Source: Octopus sinensis
Taxonomy: Eukaryota
Assembly: GCF_006345805.1 (NCBI RefSeq)
Contig: NW_021824510.1
Span: forward strand, 1-18,532
Length of the DNA stretch: 18,532 bases
Direction: 5' to 3'
A program made the position numbers and the translations under genes. Within the stretch, counting starts at the first letter, position 1. Every line of letters starts with the position of its first letter. The notes under the pieces were generated by a model, which saw nothing but the letters and a program-made list of their open reading frames with translations, did no database searches and was not told the DNA's origin. Of this stretch, positions 1 to 8,910 are shown piece after piece.

Positions 1-24
1 CATCGAATTATATTTTAGTCAACA

Positions 25-387
25 GTATGTGATATGTAGTCGAGAGAAAACTTTAGAAAGTGTGTTACGCATTCATCTGTTTGTCATGGCCAGATAAAAG
101 TGAGACTAAAAACTATATTGACTCCACTGAACCTATCTTTAAAAACATCCCTGCAACTTATGCTTGCATTCCGAGACACCAGATAGATGTCATATCCAAT
201 GACTATTCAAATATATCTGAAGTTCAAAGGATGATAATATTAACAGTTATAACATAGGTTATTTTATTAAAGATGCACTGAAAGGTGTAATCTCTGTCTT
301 GCAGAGAAGAGTAACATCTCTTAAAGACATTTGCAATTTCATAACAAGAGATTGGAACTAATGAATTCATTTACGCATGGATATTAA
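25..387 (+). mobile_element. Degenerate Penelope-like element (PLE) GIY-YIG endonuclease domain, with frameshifts and stops
   Basis: Manual translation across the three + frames gives colinear motifs: RKCVTHSSVCHGQIK (55-99), ETKNYIDSTEPIFK (102-143; YID for YIG), KYI*SSKDDNI (209-241; TGA where Trp is expected), RCNLCLAEK (283-309), HNKRLELMNSFTH (340-378). Order matches the PLE endonuclease C-terminus as I recall it (C..VVY..YIG.T..FK.R..KYIW.LK..RCNLCL.EK..LNKR.EL..C.H). Confidence 0.85.
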
Positions 388-795
388 AAGATTTAACGCA
401 ATAAACAGTTAAACTTGTTTATATCCTACATACTAGAAGCGCAATGCACAGAAGAAGAATTATACTTAATTGAAAGTTGCTCTCTTTCTTTCTTACATCA
501 CATGTTTTCGCACGTAAATAGATGAAACCATTACAAGGTAGGTGCCTACAGCTAAACAAATGAATGTCTGATGCCTTTTCTGCAGCTAATCATATATCGA
601 TGTAATGTTTAAGAAATATTTTGATGCGTTTGCGAATATTTTTGTTTCTATGTTGTCAGTTTGTTTAAATTTCTCAGTCGTTTGAATAATCGGCAATGTG
701 AAACATAAAAGCCCGATTTCAGCTCCTAATACAACAATTCACAAACACTTTACATGATGCATTTTCTACTTTCCTCACAGTTGTAAGCACAAAAG

Positions 796-885
<90 letters not shown>

Positions 886-935
886 ATATCTATCTATCTA
901 TCTATATCTATCTATCTATCTTTCTACCTACCAAC

Positions 936-1011
<76 letters not shown>
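796..1011. repeat. (TATC)n microsatellite with a short TACC/AACC interruption
   Basis: Directly visible tandem TATC, about 50 units. Confidence 0.98.
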
Positions 1012-1287
1012 GACGTTTCGGGCTTACACATACACACGCGCTCATACACACGCACCATGGTATACGTAGTTCTGTACACCCCACTCACACAAAATTTCCA
1101 TAACTGCAATATTACAGATACCAATTCTTGTGCCAATATTTCCTTCTGGAGAATTTTGCGCATTTTCTTAAATTTCTAATGAATTTCAGAGATACAAAAA
1201 CACAAAGAAGTGTGTGTACTCATAGCTAACCAGAAACGCTCAAATTCATACGTACATTGAAATATGTACCCGTATATGAAATGCCTT

Positions 1288-1312
1288 ATGTATGTATGTG
1301 CATGTATGTATG

Positions 1313-1346
<34 letters not shown>

Positions 1347-1390
1347 TGTATGTATGTATGTATGTATGTATGTATACATGTGTATGTATT
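1288..1390. repeat. (TATG)n microsatellite
   Basis: Directly visible; source of the MYVC/YIHT ORFs. Confidence 0.95.
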
Positions 1391-1549
1391 TGTAGTGTAT
1401 ATTATGTACATAAGTGTGTGTGTATATATATATATATTAATACATTCACAGATGTGAACAAACACACCAATATATGGAACGCACATAATTATATGCGAGC
1501 TATAGTGCATAAATAACGAATATATACACCCCAACCAACCAACCGACCA

Positions 1550-1675
1550 ATCTATCTATCTATCTATCTATCTATCTCTATCTATCTATCTATCTATCCG
1601 TCTGTCTGTTTGTTTGTCTGTCTGTCTATAACGAGAGAGATAAATATATATATATATGTGTATGTGTATGCATAT

Positions 1676-1747
<72 letters not shown>

Positions 1748-1810
1748 CCATATATATGTTGTGTATGCTGTGTGTGTATGTACACATATATGTACGCATG
1801 CATATGCGGT
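1550..1810. repeat. Compound (TATC)n/(TGTC)n/(TA)n microsatellite
   Basis: Directly visible. Confidence 0.95.
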
Positions 1811-2069
1811 GTGCGTATATGCTATTATATCCCCCCAATGGCCTATAATATAAATACATGTCACTTTATTACAAAATGATAAAAAAAGAACCAACTTCCT
1901 TGAAAAAGCTACAACAAACAACAAGCTCCGTCTTGTATTGTATTAAACAATTTAATCAACTCCTCCACTCTATCACCTCCATTTAGTGGCGTAGTGGCGG
2001 CGGGCAGAAGGGGTCTGATTGATTCTATTCTTCCGCCTTATTCTTTGGAAGGAAGACTCAGCAGATTGT

Positions 2070-2960
2070 GTGTTTGTTGTAGTGTTAGTGTTGGAGCGGG
2101 TGGTGGTGGTGGTGGTTGTAGACGGTGGCGGTGATGCTGTTGTGTTGGTGGTATTAGTGTCGGTTAAGGCGGTGAGTTAGCAGAAACGTCAACGCGTCGT
2201 GCGGAATGCTTAACGGTATTTCGTCTGGCGCAACGTTGTGAGTTCAAATTCCGCTGAGGTCGACTTTGCCTTTCATCCTTTCGGGGTCGATAAATTAAGT
2301 ACCAGTTACGCACTGGGGTCGATGTAATCGACTTAATAACTATGTCTGTCCTTGTTTGTCCCCTCTATGTTTAGCCCTTTGTGGGTAGTAAAGAAATAGG
2401 TATTAGTGTCGGTGGTGATGATGTTGTTGTTGTTGCTGGCGGTAGTCGTACTGGTGGTGTTGGTGGTGGTGTCGTTGGTGAAGAAGTCTTTGGTGGTGGC
2501 GGCGTTCATGTTGAGGGTATTGTTGCTGTTGTTGTTGTTGTTGGTGGTGGTGGTGTCGATGGTGATGAAGTTTTCGGTGGTGGCGGTGTTCATGGCGAGA
2601 GTATTATTATTGTTGTTGGTGATGCTGGTGGTGGCGGCGGTGATGAAATTTTTGGTGTTCATGGTGAGGGTATTGATGTTGTTGTTGGTGAGGAAGTTTT
2701 CGGTGGTGGCGGTATTGTTGTTGGTAGTGCTGGTGGTGGCGGTGGTGTTGGTGTTGCTGTTGTTGGTGGAGGAACTGATGGAGCTGGTGGTTCATAGTTA
2801 TTGTTAATGGTGTTCGTGTTAGTGGTAGTTTTTCGCGGTTGTGATGATGTTTCTCGTGATGGTGTTGTTTGTTGTTGTTGTAACGGTGGTAGTGGTAGTG
2901 GTAGTGGTGGTGGTCTTGGTGGACGTGATATTCTTTATCGTGTCGTGTTGGTTGCAGCAG
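2070..2960. repeat. GGT/GTT-rich low-complexity tract, interrupted by a SINE and containing a higher-order repeat
   Basis: Trinucleotide-periodic GGT/GTT; motif GGTGA(A/T/G)GAA(G/A)T(C/T)TT(T/C)GGTG recurs at 2477, 2561, 2639 and 2687. Confidence 0.9.
2165..2398 (+). mobile_element. SINE family 1, full length, tail type A, 15-bp TSD
   Basis: Head AAGGCGGTGAGTTAGCAGAAACG (A-box-like), B-box-like GAGTTCAAATTCC, central GGTCGACTTTGCCTTTCATCCTTTCGGGGTCGATAAATTAAGTACCAG (recalled as similar to the Sauria/MetaSINE-type central domain; unverified), tail ...GGGTAGTAAAGAAATA. Identical flanks GGTATTAGTGTCGGT at 2150-2164 and 2399-2413. Confidence 0.95.
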
Positions 2961-2969
2961 CTGCGGTGT

Positions 2970-3520
2970 AGGTTCTAAATAGCATTGGATTTTATGAAAA
3001 GATTTTGAAAGAAAAGTTGGAGATGTATCGTATTATCACAAAACTATGCCGCTTCTACCGACACATGACAAAAAAATGTAAAGAGTAACGTTCAGTCAGA
3101 AATTTTTGATGGTTCGAATGTCAATGAAAATTATCTAAAACTGTTATAGCAGGGGTCAAAACGTGTGCAAAACGTTTGCAGTCATGGTAAGAAGCTTGAC
3201 GGTACGTACTCGAAAATGCTTCGTGCAGTTCTCAATTTTCCTTGACAGTAACACAAAGAAAGCAATGAGTGTGTAACAGTCTTCCTACCATCGCATCGGC
3301 AATCATAAAGATAAGAGTTTTGCAGGACACAAACGGAGAAGCAAGGATGAAATATCCAGCGATCTCCTTCTCTGGAAATCCAAGCATGGACATACAGATA
3401 TCGACAGACCAAGAATAGTACATATGGACAAAAACACTGGATATCAAGTTGAGGATATGAAAACTGCTATGGGCGATCGGGATGTCTGGCGTGGAAGATT
3501 TGCATTAGTCCGCGCAATAT
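2970..3520 (+). mobile_element. RTE-clade LINE 3' end (ORF2 C-terminus), degenerate, copy 1
   Basis: KKLDGTYSKMLRAVLN (3189-3236), then after frameshifts FAGHKRRSKDEISSDLLLWKSKHGHTDIDRPR...EDMKTAMGDRDVWRGRFALVRA (3318-3516). This matches the RTE C-terminal pattern LDG.Y.RMLR..FAGH..R..LLLW.P.HG..RP..M.DR..WR. The 5' boundary (2970-3188) is weak. Confidence 0.85.
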
Positions 3521-3546
3521 ATACAGGGCAGATATATACAGCTATG

Positions 3547-4078
3547 GTGTCGAATGAAGAAATATAGTTATCGTACTGAACGGGATCATCGTTGCTACGA
3601 TCACTAAGCGAATGATTTGAGGCGTCAGTAAGGTCTGTTTGGAAGGAATAATTAATGGAAAGAGAAACAAACGCCAGCAACCTTAAAGATGGAGAAATAA
3701 CATGACTGCATGGATAGGACTTGATATAATTTTCCTGAATTCTTTTGCCAAGGATCAGATACCTATTTCTTTACTACCCACAAGGGGCTAAACACAGAGG
3801 GGACAAACAAGGACAGACAAACGGATTAAGTCGATTACATCGACCCAGTGCGTAACTGGTACTTAATTTATCGACCCCGAAAGGATGAAGGGCAAATTCG
3901 ACCTCGGTGGAATTTGAACTCAGAACGTAACGGCAGACGAAATACGGCTACGCATTTCGCCCGGCGTCCTAACGTTTCTGCCAGCTTGCTGCCTTGACAA
4001 GGATCAGATACCATGGAGGCAATTATCTCGTGTTAGTGTGCATTCTGCCACAGGTGGAAATAGCGGGAATTGATGATG
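3547..4078 (+). mobile_element. RTE-clade LINE 3' end, degenerate, copy 2 (different lineage), interrupted by a SINE
   Basis: VSNEEI (3547), ATITKR, KVCLEGIINGKRNKRQQP*RWRNNMTAWIGL..AKDQI|PWRQLSRV, joined across the SINE once one TSD copy is removed. Matches RTE ..EG...GKR.RGR..RW.DN...W.GL...DR..WR; ends in TGATGATG (4071-4078). Confidence 0.8.
3764..3997 (-). mobile_element. SINE family 1, full length, tail type A, 15-bp TSD
   Basis: Reverse complement of the 2165-2398 element; identical flanks CAAGGATCAGATACC at 3749-3763 and 3998-4012. Confidence 0.95.
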
Positions 4079-4139
4079 GGTAAATTTTCTTCATTTGGAA
4101 CTCTGGTGCTTCTTGTGGCATTGCGTATGTCTCATCAGT

Positions 4140-4450
4140 CAGTCAGTTGTGAAGGTCATGTTGACTGTCCTTGTTGATTGAACAAAGAATTTAACCTGGA
4201 GATTCTGAAATGTTTGAGAGAGGCAACACAAAGGAAGAGACCTGACGCGTGGACAAACAATACGTAGATACCATGCAAAGACAACTCGTCTCAGAAGATG
4301 TCACTCTAGCCATGAATTTCGTTTTTCTGCCATTCTAGTCTCAGAGTTCTTTTGCTGTTTCTAAATTTAAAATCCGTCCTAAAAGACCACACATGCCAGA
4401 CAAGATTGAAGAAAATTCATTCTGAGAATTGCACACAATCTCTGAAACTG
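4140..4450 (+). mobile_element. Mariner (Tc1/mariner) transposase catalytic-domain fragment, degenerate
   Basis: KVMLTVLVD (4152-4178), an internal deletion, LNKEFNLEILKCLREATQRKRPDAWTNNT*IPCKDNS (from 4178), and LFLNLKSVLKD (4355-4387). These correspond to mariner KVMLTVF.D..TVN..YY.E.L..LREA.RRKRP..W..LH.DNA and LFP.LK..LKG. No TIRs found. Confidence 0.85.
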
Positions 4451-4863
4451 TGTATTGACAGTGGTGGTGGTGGTGGGGTTGGGGGGTGATTTTGGTGGTG
4501 GTGAATTGTTCTGAAGGAAGCTCGACTCTTCAAAATGTATGTAAAATAGAAAATTTGCAACTTTAAAATCACCCCCCCCCTACCCCGCCAAAGTCCATTC
4601 TGTTTTGAGTGCAACGCCGAGATTTTGAAAAAGACAAGATGTTCACGGTTTGTACGCTTTTAAATGATGAATTGTTTGTGTGAATTGTAACACCTTGGCC
4701 ATTAAAATGCAAATTTTCATGCAGCCGAAACTCTTCTGAATGAGGCTAAACCGGTCAAACTGAAAGTAAAGTAATAAACCTATGCGTTTTACTCACAGCC
4801 TTTGAATCATTGTTTCTCTTTAATATTGATGCATATTGCTGTTTTAATCTTGCAGTAGATTTA

Positions 4864-4864
<1 letters not shown>

Positions 4865-4947
<83 letters not shown>

Positions 4948-5143
4948 GCTTCTCCATTTATCTGTCTCTTTGTCTACCTTTCTCGCTGTGTGATTGTCTA
5001 TCTATTTAGTTATCTAAACAATATTCATACATACGCACACACATATTGATAGATAGATAGATAGATAGATAGATAGAGACAGATATATATATATATATAT
5101 ATATATGGTAGATAGATATAGATAGATAGATAGATAGAGACAG

Positions 5144-5182
<39 letters not shown>

Positions 5183-5189
5183 ATATTAT

Positions 5190-5225
<36 letters not shown>

Positions 5226-5235
5226 GTAGATAGAT

Positions 5236-5325
<90 letters not shown>
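4865..5325. repeat. (TATC)n (4865-4946) and compound (GATA)n/(TA)n (5047-5325) microsatellites
   Basis: Directly visible; the block (GATA)n-GAGACAGA-(TA)n occurs twice. Confidence 0.95.
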
Positions 5326-6013
5326 TTTTTTAAAAAAGCAGGCAAAATGTCTGGACAAAAACAGGTCGCAGAGACAAACTCCCGAAAGCCAGTCGGCAAA
5401 ATGTCGAAAGCGCGAAGGGGTGAACCAGCAGATGGGAGAGTTCACTATAAATCAAAAAGGTCTCTGTTTCTCCCCCACTCTTTCTCTCTCTATCTCCTTC
5501 TCTTTCCCTGTCTCATTCTGTCTTACTCTTCCTGCCACTCCAGTCCCAATATATAAGAAATCTTATGATTTCTTCCTGTAATTTTTTTTTCCTCTATATC
5601 TCACGTCCTTTCTCTCGTTGTTCAACCTTATAACTACGATGTGATATAAGGTTCGATCCTCATCGATTCCATAAACCCTCACAACACACCAACACACACA
5701 CAGAATCCTACAGAAGAAACTCTCCATTCAAATTTGCCGTCCCATTCCAGTAAACATCCAACAAAGCTTCATCTCAGCTCCACGCCCAATCACGTCTTCT
5801 ATCGCCGTCTCTTTCAGAAAATCCGCCGCTTTGCATTATATTGTTTTTCATACATTTTCATGCGAATAATTTTTTTATTATCTTCATAACTTCATTCATT
5901 CATTCATTTATCAGTCATTCTTCATTCTCTATATCTTACTTACATTCCATCTTTTCTTCTTTCTTCCATTATGGCTGCCAAATATTTTGTGTGCGCGCGT
6001 GTGTGTGTGGGTT

Positions 6014-6119
6014 TATATTATATTATATTATATTATATTATATATATTATATTATATTATATTATATTATATTATATTATATTATATTTTATATATATAT
6101 ATATTATATATATATATAT
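6014..6119. repeat. (TATTA)n and (TA)n simple repeat
   Basis: Directly visible. Confidence 0.93.
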
Positions 6120-6122
6120 GGT

Positions 6123-6411
6123 GGAGGCGCAATGGCCCAATGGTTAGGGCAGCGAACTCGCGGTTTCGATTCCCAGACCGGGCGTTCTGTGTGTTTATTG
6201 AGCGAAAACACCTAAAGCTCCACGAGGCTCCGGCAGGGGGCGGTGATCCCTGCTGTACTCTTTCACCACTCTTTCTCTCACTCTTTCTTCTGTTGGCCTG
6301 CTCGCTTAGCCAGCGGGGTGGCGTCATTCGAAGACTAAAACAATGCGAATGCATTGTGACCAGCGATGTGTAACAACATCTGATGGTCTTGTCGGTCACG
6401 TGATCACGTGA
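6123..6411 (+). mobile_element. SINE family 2 (tRNA-derived head), tail ending (TCACGTGA)2
   Basis: A box TGGCCCAATGGTTAG, B box GGTTTCGATTCCC; 5' ~170 bp aligns with the 12783-12599 (-) copy; about 14 bp missing between the boxes relative to that copy. Confidence 0.88.
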
Positions 6412-6431
6412 TATATATATATGTATATATA

Positions 6432-6625
6432 TAATCCCTTCTACTTTGGGCATAAGATCCGAAATTTTGGGTAAGAGGGTAAGTCGACTGCATCGACCCA
6501 GTGCATAACTGGTCCATATTTTATCGGCCCCAAAAGGATGCAAGGCAACGTCGACTTCGGCGGAAATTGAACTAAAATCATAAAGATGGATGAAATGCCG
6601 CTAAGCATTTTAGCCGGTGCGCTAA
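6432..6625 (-). mobile_element. SINE family 1, 5'-truncated, tail type B
   Basis: Central domain (GTCGACTTCGGCGGAAATTGAACT, ATCGGCCCCAAAAGGATG) and tail TCCCTTCTACTTTGGGCATAAGATCCGAAATTTT; bounded by (TAA)n at 6623-6667. Confidence 0.85.
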
Positions 6626-6666
6626 TAATAATAATAATCATAATAATAATAATAATAATAATAATA

Positions 6667-6860
6667 ATGGTTCCAAATTTTGCCACAAGGCAGCATTTTC
6701 GGTGGAGGAGCTATTCACTGGTACTTAATTTATCAACCCCGAAAGTATGAAAGGCAAAGTCGACCTCGGCCGAATTCGAACCCCGAACGTAAAATAGGAA
6801 GAAATGCCGCTAAGCATTTTAATCTGGTTCGGTAACGATTGTTCTAGCTCACTGCCTTAT
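6667..6860 (-). mobile_element. SINE family 1, near full length with internal deletion, tail type C
   Basis: CTGGTACTTAATTTATCAACCCCGAAAGTATGAAAGGCAAAGTCGACCTCGG core; head ends ...TAGCTCACTGCCTT. Confidence 0.85.
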
Positions 6861-6965
6861 AATTCTTTCAACTCAGGTACAAGGCCTGAAAGTTTGGAAG
6901 AGAGGACAAGACGATTAAATCAACCCCTGTGCTCGACCGATGCATTTTCTGAAACGATGAAAGGC
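6861..6965 (-). mobile_element. SINE family 1, degenerate 3' fragment, tail type B
   Basis: GGTACAAGGCCTGAAAGTTTGG..GATTAAATCAACCCCTGTGCTCGAC..GATGAAAGGCA. Confidence 0.65.
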
Positions 6966-7090
6966 AGCTCTTCATCGCCAGGAGAGCAGCGGAACTGAGT
7001 TTTTGACTATGGGTCCCCACCCTTTGATTCCTATTTTATTCGTATAGGCTCTCCCAGCCATCGATGTTTGAAAAAGATCCTGTTACATTT

Positions 7091-7460
7091 TTATTACATC
7101 CGTCTTCGCTAAGGCGGAGGTATTATTTTCAGTCGTGTTTGTTTGTCTGTCTGTGGACAAGATATCTCCAGAACCGCTGGATGGATTCGGATGAAACTTT
7201 CAGGAATGTTTGGCCTCGTGACTGGCACGAACTGATTAGATTTTGGGATCGACTCGATGCCGGACAAGGATTGTGGATTATCTTTCCTGTTTTTTTTTTT
7301 ACTTAATTTTTTAGGGTGGTCGGATTCATTTACAGTATTCTCATTTGCGAGAGCTATCGAGTTTATTTCAGATACTCTCATTTTAAAAATCATCTCTGAC
7401 TAATTGTTGAGAGGATGTTGGTGTTGATTTGGCGGAGGTTTGCGCTCTCTGAGTGCTCTT
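7091..7460 (+). mobile_element. Non-autonomous Helentron-type rolling-circle element (HINE/DINE-1-like), apparently complete
   Basis: 5' inverted repeat CATCCGTCTT-CGCT-AAGGCGGAGG (7097-7120); internal GTTT/GTCT microsatellite (7136-7154); 3' subterminal GGCGGAGGT (7431-7439) followed by short hairpin GCGCTC-TCT-GAGTGC (7442-7456); T-rich flanks and no TSD. This architecture is diagnostic of DINE-1/HINE elements. Confidence 0.8.
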
Positions 7461-7478
7461 ATTATTAAATATTATTTT

Positions 7479-7563
7479 AAGGTGGCGAAAGGCGGTGAGC
7501 TGTTAGAATCCTTAGCACGCTGGACGAAATACTTAACGGTATTTCGCCCATCGCAACGTTCTG
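7479..7563 (+). mobile_element. SINE family 1, 5' head only, with doubled AAGG(T/C)GG start
   Basis: AAGGTGGCGA-AAGGCGGTGAGCTGTTAGAATCCTTAGCACGC...GCAACGTTCTG, then homology stops. Confidence 0.85.
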
Positions 7564-8032
7564 GGGAATAAGCCCCTATGAGTTGGTACCAATGCCATCC
7601 CAGGGATTTCTGAAATTTATCTATGTCAGTGCACGAATTGGATGTCTTCCGAAACACATCACCCAATTCATCCTCCTCAATGACTAGAGTTTCCCAGAAA
7701 AAAAGCTACTGCTCTTACCCACCACTAGATGTCTCTCTCTCTGTTGCTAACATATATGTTGTTGTTGTTGCTGTTGATGTTATTATCGTTTGTTTGTTGT
7801 TGGAAGTGTTGTTTCTTTCTGCCGCTGCCGCTGCTTCTTCCTGCTGCTGCTGCAGCTGCTGTTGGTGCCGTTGTCTTCATTCTGAGAGAGAGTCAATGGA
7901 CCGTGTCCGTCTTCAGTTCTACAACTTTCGCCATTTTTCTTCTTTCCTGCTCAACCGAAGACACAAATGACAAAAGAAAGAATCAGAAAAAATGAATGGT
8001 TTTTCTTGGAGCGTGGAATCTGAAGATTTAAC

Positions 8033-8208
8033 CAAAACAACAACAACAACAACAACAACAGCAGCTGCAACAGCAACAACAACAACAGCAACAACAATAT
8101 GAAATATATAATGAGAATGACGAAACCATGGTAATAAAGGCAATGATAAGGATAAGTGGTAGTAGTAGCAGCAGCAGTAGCAGCATGAGTATCAGCAGCA
8201 GCAGTAGC

Positions 8209-8254
<46 letters not shown>

Positions 8255-8500
8255 ATATTTACACTGGCAAATGTTTGTATTGTTTTTGTTGTTATTATTA
8301 ATATTATTATTATTGAGTTCACCATCCTTAATACAACAGCCATCATTGATAGAATATTCACCACTAGCACCATCAGCAGCAGCACCACCACCACAACCAC
8401 CACCATCCCCCCAGCACCACTAGTACCAGCACCAACACCATCACCACATCATCAGCATCATCATTACCACCACCATCACCACCACCACCACCACCACCAC
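8033..8500. repeat. Compound trinucleotide tracts (CAA/CAG)n, (AGT/AGC)n, (ATT)n, (CAC)n
   Basis: Directly visible. Confidence 0.92.
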
Positions 8501-8511
8501 CAGATATATAT

Positions 8512-8579
8512 ATATAATAGCAAATTAATAAATAAAACATGTATATATACATACATAGATGAACGTACCTACATCTACA

Positions 8580-8621
<42 letters not shown>

Positions 8622-8910
8622 TACAGGACATCAAAAAGAACGTCGAACACAATGAGAAACGAAAACATAACACAAAACCAAGGAACTGGACATTTTTCCT
8701 TGTGTTGTATGTCCTGTACTCTATTTTTTCGTTGTTTAAGAAAAATGTCCATTTCCTTGGTTTTGTGTTTATGTTTTCGTTTCTCATTGTGTTCGAGGTT
8801 TTTTTGGTGCCCTGTACCCATATATGCATTTATATATACATGTAGATGTAGGTACGTACATATATGTATGTATATTTGCATATGTTTTATTTATTAATTT
8901 GTTATTATAT
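8512..8910. repeat. Long imperfect inverted repeat (fold-back), arms 8512-8698 and 8740-8910, 41-bp spacer
   Basis: Left CAAATTAATAAATAAAACAT..GTACCTACATCTACATG..TCGAACACAATGAGAAACGAAAACATAACACAAAACCAAGGAACTGGACATTTTTC is reverse-complemented in the right arm; arms differ mainly in (TA)n length. Confidence 0.92.

Noticed and set aside
1008-1026. Minus-strand GCCCGAAACGTC as a hammerhead 3' half
   Set aside because: No CTGANGA half upstream on that strand.
5347-5556. 69-aa [16 protein letters not shown]...
   Set aside because: No recognisable domain and it runs into a CT-rich tract; the repeated GGCAAAATGTC 11-mer hints at a repeat fragment but I cannot assign it.
7564-7730. Minus-strand open stretch FWETLVIEEDELGDVFRK...
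   Set aside because: Bounded by a stop and by the SINE head; no motif recognised with confidence.
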